From NCBI GenBank assembly GCA_013239625.1, contig MU053933.1, positions 684,001-748,000 of the forward strand: DNA of 64,000 nucleotides, in the 5' to 3' direction. Of this stretch, positions 1 to 10,255 are shown in pieces. The translations under genes and the position numbers were made by a program. Each line of letters opens with the position of its first letter. Position 1 is the stretch's first letter. The DNA is from Lama guanicoe. Taxonomy: Eukaryota. Under the pieces are notes generated by a model. It was given only the letters and a program-made list of their open reading frames with translations. It made no database searches and had not been told where the DNA came from.

Positions 1-492
1 GGGACACACACCAGCAGGACTGGTGGTTTGGGTGCCATGGGGCAGGGGGCCCAGGAGAGCCCACAGACCCTGCTGGAGGGGCTCCCAGGGGACGCCCAGC
101 CCCGGAGCAGGCCCTCGGACACCTGTGTGGACTTTGAGTGGGTTCCAGCCCCTGGGGCAGGGTTTGGCTTGGACTTTTGGGAGAACCAGTCTTAGTTCCA
201 ACATCAAAGATGGCTCTTTGAAATATGGAACTTCAGAGCAGCACAATACTCTAGGCTCAGTGCTGCAGACAGCCCCCCGCCTCCTTCTCACAGCATTTCC
301 CGAAGCTTCCACAGGCCCCCTACCCCGCCGCTACCGTCTGCCTGTTCTGCCCTCAAAAATCTTTCTAGGACCTAGAACAGCACCTGGGACAGACAGCGCT
401 CAGCTCAGAAATATGGATAGTGACACCCTGAGTCCTGCACAGAGGCACACGCCGCGGGCGCACCCACCCCGGGGCAGGACCTGCTGTCTTAC

Positions 493-568
493 CGCCCTCG
501 CTCTGTGCCAGGCTGCCGAGCGCCAGCGCCAAGGCCATGACCAGGACGCAGATCAGCTTGGGCTCCAT
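493..568 (-). CDS. TFF1: Trefoil factor 1, coding exon 1 (signal peptide MEPKLICVLVMALALALGSLAQSEG); exons 2-3 not in window
   Basis: ATG at 568-566 in context GCCAGCATGG. 76-nt phase-1 exon ending G|GTAAG. Resembles human TFF1 MENKVICALVLVSMLALGTLA. Same strand as, and downstream of, TMPRSS3 as in human. Confidence 0.93.
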
Positions 569-641
569 GCTGGCCGCAACCTCACTCCTCCGCTCCGAAG
601 GAGACCACGAGTCAAGGCTGAGATGCGTCCTGGCTCTCGGT

Positions 642-665
642 CTTATACAGCAGGCTGTTTGCTTA
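642..665 (-). promoter_or_regulatory. TFF1: TFF1 core promoter: FOXA/HNF3 site and TATA box
   Basis: Minus strand reads TAAGCAAACA(665-656)GCCTGCTG TATAAG(647-642). Matches the recalled human arrangement TAAGCAAACAGAGCCTGCCCTATAAA. Confidence 0.85.
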
Positions 666-887
666 AAGAGGGTCACATACCGTTTGCCTAAGGAGGGTCC
701 CCCAACCCTCCACTCCAAGTGGTCAAAAGGTGTTTCCTAAATGCAGCCAAACCAAACCAACAGGTTGGCTGATAGAGAAAAATGCCATATCATGTGGTCA
801 CCTCGGGTGAGGGAGTCTCCTGAGTCCAGCAGCTGAGCGTATCAGAGACCCTCCTGCTAAAGTCAACATCGCTTACTAATTCGAAAA

Positions 888-963
888 TGATTCATCATGG
901 CAGACACCTGGGACAGGCACAGTGTGTCAACGGTGGCTCCCGGGTCCCCCCCAGCGTGACTCA
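888..963 (-). promoter_or_regulatory. TFF1: TFF1 upstream AP-1/TRE sites
   Basis: TGAATCA at 894-888 (position of the human TRE) and perfect TGAGTCA at 963-957. Confidence 0.6.
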
Positions 964-1589
964 GGGAAGGAGAAGGGCCAGCGCGGCCCACCGTCCTGGC
1001 CGGGTCCCTTCAGGGTGGGCATGCAGAAGCCTTCCATGATTTTAAGAATCCATGTCTGGAGGGACAGCTGTGCCTGGACAGGACGAACAGAGAAATACGT
1101 GGGCCTGGGCTTCCCACCTCAGCTTTTCCCCACTCGTGTTACGTTAGACTTTTTCTTGGCAAATTTGTGTGTGAGCAAAGCACCACTGGCCCCCTCACCA
1201 CTGGCCCCTCACCGGGAAGCACGGCGCCGACCCTGGGGCCGGTTCCAGGCGGCTCTGGCGTTGAAAACTCTCTGGTATTCAACCTCCCACTCCAAGGAAT
1301 TGCCGGAGCATTTTTACTTCCTTGTCTAAATTACTTTTTTTTGGCTTTTTTCCTTTCGCAGTGGAGTCCTTTCCGAAGCGAGGTTGTGTAGAGGAGGGCC
1401 AGTGTGACACTGATGACGCAGAGGGGCTTTCCCTCTGGGGGGCCCCTGCGTCTGCGGGCTGGCGCTCCCAGATCCTCCTCGTGCGGCTTCCCTGATGCTG
1501 AACTGACAGGACACCTGAACGCCCCGCGCCCTGGGTCCCTCCCCTGCTCCGGACCTCCCTGCCTGCCTCGCTCACGCTCACGCCTTCCG

Positions 1590-1790
1590 GAGCAGCGCTG
1601 GTCCGCTTACGGCTTACGATCTGCTCCTCGCCCCTTGCCCTCCCCCCAGCACCTATGACAGTGTCTTATTCAATCAGTATCTGTTGAAGAATGAATGAAC
1701 GAATGAACAAACGAATGAATACAGGAGACGTGTTTTGTCTTCACTGCAAGACTAAGCTCTGAGGGGGTGAGCCTGCCTCTGAGAGATACT
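1590..1790. mobile_element. Degenerate L2 LINE 3' end fragment
   Basis: GTTGAAGAATGAATGAACGAATGAACAAACGAATGAAT tail typical of L2. Confidence 0.55.
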
Positions 1791-1849
1791 AACTTTTCTT
1801 GGGTGACCTGGTGAACAAGTCTTGGCGGCCCCTCTGGGAGGGGAGCTGG

Positions 1850-2280
1850 CTCAGGACTGGGGCCACCGCGCTCTGCCACGCTCACCCCGAGCCCAGCCGC
1901 CTCGCTCTGGCCACCAGCCCCGAGCGGGGTCTCTGGGAGAAGCCTGCTGCGCAGGGCGCAGGGAGGGGCCGGGACGCGGAGCAGCTCCGTGGAGGCGGGC
2001 GGAGGCCGCCGAGGCAGGGCCGGGGCTGCGGGTCTGGGCGGCGCCCGGACGGCGGATGGCCGGCACGCCGGCCTCTCAGGCCTCGTTTCTCTCAGGCGTG
2101 GAGACAGAGTGTGCGACACTTTGGAGAACAAGTGGTGACATCTAGTGAAGCTGAAGCTACACAGACTGAGAGCCCAGCGGTCCCGCTGAGCCTGGGCCTG
2201 GCGCTCACAGCGGGGAAGCCCTCGTGCTTGGGCAGAAACAGAGATGGCGGAGCCTTGCAGCGTTGTCTGCGGTCGCTTTA
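1850..2280. promoter_or_regulatory. CpG-island-like GC-rich segment
   Basis: Dense CpG and GC-box (GGGCGG) content, clearly above the flanks by eye. Confidence 0.65.
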
Positions 2281-2281
2281 A

Positions 2282-2600
2282 GGGAGGAGGGAAGAAAGGA
2301 GGATGCTTAAAAAAAAAAGGAAGGAAAAGGAACGAAGGTAGGAAGGAAAGAAGGAAATGAAAGAAGAGAGAAGGAAGGAAGGGAGAGACAGAATGGAGAA
2401 GGAAGAAGCGAAAAAGAGGAGAAAGCAATATAAATGTTCATAAAAGTTCATCAACGGGAAAGGGGAAAACACGGAAATAAGTAAATAAATAAACTGAATA
2501 CCTCATAGAAGATGAAAATGAAAGAATAATGAAATTAATAAGCAATAATAATAATGGATAAATATTGAAAACAAAGTTCAACGAGAAAAGCTAAGAATCG
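2282..2600 (+). repeat. GA-rich / A-rich low-complexity tract
   Basis: (GGAA)n/(GAAA)n runs followed by AAT-rich sequence. Confidence 0.85.
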
Positions 2601-5404
2601 TTCTTAGAGAATGATGTCGTTTATGACACAGATTTCCAAAGTAAGTCGAGCAATGCCACATGCTCTTAGAGCTGCACCCACGTGCGAGAAACTGCAGCCG
2701 CGCAGACCGGAAGGGGGCGCGCTGGCTGCCAAATATGGCCGAGCCTGGGGAGGTGCAGAGAGGGGCACCAGAGCAGGAGGGTACAAAGGGGCTTTCAACC
2801 TGTCTGTGATGTTCTAGTTCATCAAAGAAAATCTGGAAGAAATACGGTTAAAAGTTGATGCTCTTTTCAGTTAAAGAGGGAGACACAGATGCTCGTCCTC
2901 TGTGTGTCTGACTTCTCCCTCCTGTGAGGGCGGCGTGGCTGGCGGGGCCTGTGTCGCTCCCAGACTGCCTCTCAGACTTGCAGCAGTGACTCCAGGGCTC
3001 CTAGGAGACAGCACTAACACGTGACCACACAATCACCTTACACACCCTGTGTTTAAAAAATGACCAACTGGTGGGGAGGAAACGACTTGAGCAAAGATGC
3101 CCTAGCAAGCGGGGTCTCCGTGTGCAAGGACTGGGGCTCCTCTGGGCTTCACTCCTCTTACTGAAAAACACAGAGGTCGGACCCAGGACAGGGAGCCTGG
3201 CCTGACCCGCGGTCCTCTCCTGCCAGGGCTCCGAGGCGGGAACCCCTTGCTCTGCGAGCCCAGCGCACCTTCCTGCTTTCTTGGTACAGCCCTCCATCTG
3301 TGGTCAGGCCCCCTTCCCTACTCCCACTGCACGTGGTTCGGCCTGACCTGCCCTCTCCCATCGCCAGAATCGCCAGAGCCACGCTGATTCTTTTCAGGGC
3401 TGAGTGTCTGAACTGGGACAGCGGGGTGTCCTCTGTCTGCCCATCCCTGTCAGCAGTCAGAGCCCCTGGGAGTGGCTGACTTGGCTGTGTCTCTGGCCCT
3501 CATGTCCTCTGGCTTCTGGCTGCTGTTGTGGGTGGCACCAGCAGGATGTGTGGCCTCAGGAGGAAGTGAGCTTGGGTTTTCTGTCCTGGGTCCCTGCTGG
3601 CAAGGTCACGGCAGACTGGCTGTACTCCTCGGTCCCCTCAGTACTCCGGCGGGCAGCCCTCTGCACCTGGCAGTCTTTTCTGGCTCCCCAAACTGACCCT
3701 GTCCTCTCCTCAGGCTGAGGAGTTCCCTGGCCCCAAGGAGAGGTCAGCACTGTCTCCATCTAACTTCCCCGGAATTACCCGGAAGGGAGTGACAGGCCTG
3801 TTTCCTGCAGAAACTCCGATTGATACAGAAACTGCTACCAGCAGTGACCCTGTTAATAGACCGCAAGGTTGTCCCCTCGGGCGTGGCTCCCAGCTGGGGA
3901 CACAGGCTCGGGTCCCAAGCCAGCAGGAGGTGGTGTGGACTGAAGTGTGAGGTAAGACACCTGAGGCGGATGAGTGGCAGAGCATCTCATTTCCATGGTG
4001 ACAGTCGTGTGATAAAGGTCAGGATCAGCTGGCTGCTTCCGAGAGCTACGCAACGTTCAAGCAGGAGAGAAGAAACAGGTCTGAGGATGCCTCCCTGAGG
4101 ACGGGACAATGGGAACGGCTTTCCCAGCTAAGCCCCCAGAGTTGCAGGGCAGCGAAGCTGGGCTCAGGCTGGGACCCCCTTTCTGGAAGTGCAGCATCAA
4201 TTAGACATCCATCACTTCCAGCTTCCTTCCACCAAGGTCTTGGAATTGGAAAGCAAAGAGTTAAACTCTGAGACTTGGGATTGGGATGTTTGGGCAGAAA
4301 CATGGGGCTGAGAATTTTGAACCCCAAGCGAACACCCTGACCCTTCTCCCCCAGCAGAGATGATCCCCCCACCCCATCTGAGGCCGTGCATCTCTCCCTC
4401 CATAAACGCTTCCGTTGACCATTGACAGCCCCACAGCTCACCCGGGATGCAGACGCAGGATGGGGCTGTTTCCACATCCCTGCATCCCTTCCAGGTGCAT
4501 GAGGGTGAGACCACTCATGGCCCAGACGGAGACGGGGGTTTGCTAGGGGAGACAGCCTGCACTCCCAGAGGACTGCAGAGTTGCACCAGCAGGATTCCAG
4601 GGAAGACCGCGGGTGAGTTGGGGGTGCTGGACCACAGAAGATGAGGTGCTAAGCTCAGAAGACTGACATCATCAGGATTCAGGAGGGATGTGCTGGCCTA
4701 GCACTGTGACCATCTTGCAAGTGGGTAACCAAGCCCCAGGCTTGGAGGTGACCAAGATTTCATGCAGTCACAATGCCAGAGCCCCACCCTCTGCCTCCCA
4801 AACATGACAAACTCGCTACTCAAGGGGGTCCCGAGTTAGCAGCATCCCACCCCTGGGGTCTCAGTAGACATGCTCCCTCCCAGGTTTCATGAAGGGAAGT
4901 CTGAATTCTAGAACATTCCCAGGTGCTTCTCATGCACCTTAGGTGTGGGAAGCCTAGTGTTATAGCAGGGAGGGGTTTCCCGGGCTCAGGGAGGCTTCAG
5001 TGTTGGAGAGGACCTATTATGTGCACCCTTCTTGGCCACCCTGGGGTCCAACATCCCTCAACTCCACCCTCAGACATCCTCCCCAGGCTTCTACCAATGC
5101 TGTCCTGCAACTTTTTTGGGTGAGCCCATCACTCAGGTGTTCAGAAATGCCCTGGTGGGGGGCCACCAGCATCCTTCCCAAGTCCTGCGGCTCCTCCAGC
5201 CTTTGCAGCCCAGAGCCGTTGTGGGACCGAGAGTCCCTCCGCAAGAATGGAGGCCAGGTCCCTTGGGGAAGAGCCTTAGAGCAAGGCCGTGGATGAGCGT
5301 GCGGAGCCTCCCCCAAGCCCCCAGAGTGAGCGAGCCTCTCGCCGGTGCCCACTTGCCAGGGCTGACCTGTGTCTTCCACAGAGGATGCTTCAGTCCCAAC
5401 ACCC

Positions 5405-5762
5405 AGGACTCCTGAAGGTGCCCCTATTTGGAAGTAGGATCTTTGCAGATGATTGCACTGAGATGAGGTCATTAGGCTGGGGACAATCCATCATGACACA
5501 TCCTTGTGAAACAGAGGAGATTTGAAACAGACATGCACAGAGGGGAGATGACATAAAGACACTAGGACACCATGTACAGCCAAAGGGACACCTGAGGCCG
5601 CCAGGAGCTAGGGCGGAGGCATGGAACAGACTTGCCCTCAGAAGGCTCCAGCTCTGGCGACCCCTGATCTGACTGCTAGCCTCCAGGACCAGGAACTAAT
5701 ACGTTTCTGTTGTAAGTTCAGTTTGTGATACTTCCTGACAGCCGTCCTAGAGACTACGACAC
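5405..5762 (+). mobile_element. MaLR (MLT1-type) solo LTR
   Basis: CCTATTTGGAAGTAGGATCTTTGCAGATG...GAGGTCATTAGG...CAGTTTGTGATACTT..ACAGC..CCTAG hallmark blocks. Confidence 0.75.
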
Positions 5763-6234
5763 CCAGGGGACTGTGCCCCGGATATTCTGAAGGTCAGTAA
5801 ACACTAGCTCTGAAGGTCATTTAAATACTAGCTCTGAACTGGCCTTAATCCTCAGAGACCCAAACCCCGGGTGGTCCACCAAAGACGGAGCCTGTGGATT
5901 TCAGGTGCTGGTTGGAGCCTTGGCCCAAGCCCATCTCATTGTGGGTCCAGTGAGGTGACACACGCATCCCTTGGGACTCTCCTTAGGGCCTGAAGAGATG
6001 CTCTTAGTAGCTACATCGCTTCTCTGAGTTTTGGAGAGGGCTGTCATGGTGCAAGTGTCTCTCACCAAGAGAGTGAGGCAAAACCATCATCATGGTCCAG
6101 GAAGGAGTTACAGAAACCAATGCCACAGTCAAGGGCTTGAGAAATTCAGGAGTCGCCCTCCACACGCCCCTGGAGTTCACATGTTTGGCCGGTGCCCCAG
6201 CCAGGTGCATTATGGGAACGGCTACAGAGCGCAC

Positions 6235-6420
6235 CTCCTCTGTGAAGGGCCAGGGAGTAACCATTCTAGGCTTAGTAAACACAGTTGGTCTCTGTCACAT
6301 ATTCTCCTTTGTTTTATTTTTGTGACCCTTAAAAAACCTAGAAACCATTTTTAGCTTGCAAGTTGTGCGAAAACAGGCCACAGACAGGATTCGGGGATTT
6401 GGGCCATAGTCAGACCTCTG
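6235..6420 (+). mobile_element. MER58B-like hAT-Charlie fragment
   Basis: TCTGTGAAGGGCCAG...AAAACAGGCCACAG...GGCCATAGT motifs. Confidence 0.6.
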
Positions 6421-6850
6421 TCAAGCCGACCACAGAGAGCATCACAAAGTTAATCAAGTCGTGATGACAATTTCGGCCGAGGTCCTGGCTGGGATTGTGT
6501 TCCTGCAGCGAATTCCCTGGAATCTGATGTGCAGCCGTTGACCTGGACAATGCTTGGTCCCCCCATGTCTTCAGAGAAGTCATCAGAAGCAGTTTACCTT
6601 GCAGGGAATGGACAAAAGATGCCTCTACTGTGTAAACCTGGGTTCTGCCAAGTCCCCTGCTCTCTGTCACAGCACATTCAGAGAGACCTTGAACAAACAT
6701 CTTGCTGGCCCATTACACTGACGCCATGATGTCACGTCCATTGGATTTGGAAAACAGGAAGTAAGACACAACTGCGTCGGAGACTGGAATTGGAAAGGGC
6801 CAGGGACCCAGCCTATGGGTGGGGTGTTTTGAAGACCCAGGGCAATGGAA

Positions 6851-7041
6851 CGTACATAACTGTACATAAAATAGATAAATAGCAAGGACCTACTGTACAG
6901 CACAGGGAACTATATTCTTGTAATAACACAGAATGGAAAAGAACCTGAAAAGAAAAAAATATATATGTATGTATATATTTAACCAAACCACTTCGTTGTA
7001 CACCTGAAACTAACATTGTAAATCAACAATAATTTTTTTTG
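6851..7041 (+). mobile_element. 5'-truncated L1 3' end with degenerate target-site duplication
   Basis: AAGGACCTACTGTACAGCACAGGGAACTATATT...GTACACCTGAAACTAAC. Flanked by GAAGACCCAGGGCAATGGAA (6831-6850) and AAAGACCTGGGGCAGTGGAA (7042-7061). Confidence 0.85.
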
Positions 7042-8376
7042 AAAGACCTGGGGCAGTGGAAATATCCTCTCAGAAGGGAAAGATAAATTTCTGCACCTTG
7101 TACCACTCACCCCAATACATACTCATGGGGTTCTGAGGTGAGATCCACTACATCTGGGCATGTTGTCCTGGCTTACTTAACAAGCCACCAGTACGCTTGC
7201 AGTTTCGAGGGGAGCTCAGGACAGCAGGTGGCTCTGCTGCGGTTGGCCTGGGCGGTCATACAGGACGCCCCGCCACCGGGCCGAGGCTTCAATGGCTGTG
7301 AAATGCTCACAGCAGACTATATTGTGTGGCACCACTGGGAAGTCCTAGTAAGAGAGACAGCGCACATCGGTGTTAGTTCTCTGTGGCCATGTGACAAATG
7401 ACCCCAGGACTTAGTGGTTTAAAACAACGAACATTTATTATCTTACAGTTTCTGTGGGTTACATGTTGGGTCACAGCTCACCTGGGTCCTCTCGTGCAGG
7501 TTTCTCATGGTTGCAGCTGGTGTCAGCAGGGCTGAGCAAAATTCTCATGAATGCAAAGACACCAGTTTTCTTTCCCTGCCCACATGCACCTGGCCCACGT
7601 AAGGAGTGGCGATGGTGGTGTAAAATCAACGTGTTGCCCCTTGCTGTGGCTGATCTGAGTGACACCACTAAGCTCCCATTCTGCTGACGGCAAAGCCTGG
7701 CACCGGAGCCCACATGTGGCATCCTTCCCCAGGAGTGGCAGCCAGCAACCTGGTAGCAAGCTCATTTTATGAGATTTCTCCCATTACAGAGGGGGTAGGA
7801 CACATCATCCAGGTCTGAACGTGACTTCCCTCTGAGCTCGCAGCAGCCACTGGCGGCACCACCACTTGGGAATTTACAGAATGCATCATTCAATGCACGG
7901 AATACATCACAACACACCGTAGGGCAAGGAAATAACAGTGTCCAAGCCATTCACCGGCCGTGCCATGTGCCCACCGCCCGGGAACAGCTAGCTTCGTAGA
8001 ACAGTGGGACTGTCTGCTCAGCAGCCAGTGGTGAACGCAGCGCAGTCTACGCCTTAACTAGGAATGACACGTGGGACCGTCTCAAGCCAAGCATGCTTGT
8101 CCAGACACCAAGCGACAGAAGTAGGAGTGGCTTTTCAGAGGACGAAAGGGTGTAACTACTGAAGGAAATTTTGCTCCCACCCCCTGACCGTGGCCTGAGT
8201 GGGCTGGAGGGCTGTTATTCAGAGAGGCTGGCTTCCCCTTGGACACACGCTCCCGGGCCAGCGAACTGGCAGTGCAGACTGTCCCCACGGCCCCTTCATG
8301 TCGCTGAACCAGCCGGCAGAGGAGGGGTACTGACTGGACAGATCGGTCCTGATTACCGAGGGAGGCTGTGTGCCCG

Positions 8377-8885
8377 TGTTACCAAGTCCTGACTCGTTCT
8401 GCTTGCCGCACAACAGGCCAATAAATCAGGAGACGAGGTGTTGGGACAAGGAATAATGACTTTATTTGGAAAGCTGGCAGACCAAGAAGATGGTGGACTA
8501 ATGCCCCGGAGAAGCATCTTCCTCAAGTCAGAATTCAGGCTCCATTTATACTAAAAAGGGGAGGGGATGTGGTTGGTTGTTGCAAACTTCTTGGAGTTGG
8601 AATCCTATGTTCTTACAGCTGTCCACGTGGATCAGGTCATGGTGTCCCTGTAAACCTCCAACAAAATGTTATTTTCTATTCTGCAATTTTCAATCTTTAT
8701 ATGAATGGAAAGTGTTCTACCCCGAAGGTCAGAGTCTTGAGAATGGGCTCTCCTGCAGATTTCAGCTCTAGGCAACACTCCTTTACAAAAGGTGCAGAGC
8801 CAGCGTGACTCCGCACAGGAAAGAGAGCCCAGGGCTAGAGCTAAAGGGACAGACCGCACGTGGAGTCAGACTGTTCTCTGTGACA
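8377..8885 (-). mobile_element. ERV solo LTR (family A; same family as 27916-28950)
   Basis: TG...CA termini. Minus-strand TATAAA and AATAAA. Reverse complement matches the two LTR copies at 27916-28950. Confidence 0.85.
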
Positions 8886-9329
8886 ACTGCCACACCACAG
8901 GGACCAGGAGGACGATGCTCGTAGCCCAAGGCTGTGGGGCTGGGGGGAGGTCACCCGGGCTTCTGTTAGCGGTTTCTCAGCCAGCAGCCCTGGTCCATGG
9001 AAAACCGAAGCGACCCAGTAAATATAAGCCCTTTTAAGGATTTGTATCCTACAGACGTCAAGATGTGGGTCACTCTACCAGGTAAATGACCACACCCGGC
9101 CGAGGTGACAGCAGATAATAATGGAACATGACATGGGAGGGCTGCTATGACAACCAACTTTCACCTCTTCGCCCACAACCAGAGCAGTTACTATAGCAGC
9201 TCCGTCTAATGTAAATTAAAGAAAATGACAGTAAATATTTGACAGATTTCTGTAAGGTTTAGGTATTTCCAAGCCTTGTAACAATAAGAGAAACCACCTA
9301 AATATACGTAACATATGTAGGTAGAGAAC

Positions 9330-10255
9330 AAATTTTACTATGCAAACTGTCTTAAACTTAAGATATAAAAATTTTTTAACTGTAAAAAGTTTATAGTGAT
9401 ATGAAGGACAGGAATTTTAAAACCTTAAGACACAAAGATCTCATACAAAATGACTTTTAAAACCCTGGAACTCAAATGGATAAAGAAGCAAAGAACATGA
9501 ACACAAAATTTTTAGAAGGCAAAATGCACATGCCTAAAAATTATAGGAAAAATGAGAACCATGTTTAGCAATCAAAGATATAATTGAAAACAATAATAAC
9601 ACTCTTCAAGCCAGTCAAATTGTCAGATTTTGGTTTTTTAATCGGAAGATTCAATGCTGCCGAATAAAGTTCAGGTGAGATGGACACGTCCATCCAGAGT
9701 GAGTGGAAGCCGGCATCACCTTTGTGGAAATCAACATGGTATTTTGTGCCAAGAATCTTAGAAAGTGCACGCTCTCTGACCCAGTAAATCTACTTTCTGG
9801 GATGCCCTAAAGAAAGAACCCTAAGCACAGAAAAATCTGTTTTACTTTCCCCAAGAAAAATCGTTTTGCATGAAGATGTTCATCAAAGGAAGTCTTAGTC
9901 ACAGTGAAAAATTATAAACCACCCAAATTACCAAAAACAGAGAAACCACTAGCACATGTTAGTTACAGCCACACGGTGAAACACCACGCAACTGTCGCTA
10001 GCGTATTTCTGTGGAGTTTGCAATCACGGGGAGAATTTTCACGCTGCAGTAGTAAATCAAAAAGGACAAGGCAACAAAGCTTTACAAACAACTCAGTAGG
10101 AAAAAGGAGGCAAAAGAAGATACACCAGTGGGTGTCACCCTGAAAGACGAGTTGCTTCCCTTCCCTTGGATTCTGCTCTCCTGGTCGTTGCAATGTTTCT
10201 ATAGTAAGCATAATCAGATTTTATAATAAAAAAAACACTGTATTTAAAAAAATAA
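9330..10255 (+). mobile_element. Old L1 (L1M-type) ORF2 end / 3'UTR relic
   Basis: AAATGG..AAAGAACATGAAC..AAATT, CCTTTGTGGAAA, GACCCAGTAAATCTACTT..GGGA motifs. Confidence 0.65.

Noticed and set aside
1670..2428. Long ORFs over the CpG island and GA-rich tract
   Set aside because: Stop-poor composition and low-complexity translation; no recognisable protein.
3714..3790. PKER...FPGIT resembling a trefoil domain (possible extra TFF paralog)
   Set aside because: No cysteines, wrong spacing and opposite strand to the TFF genes. The phase-compatible frame fits EMI better.
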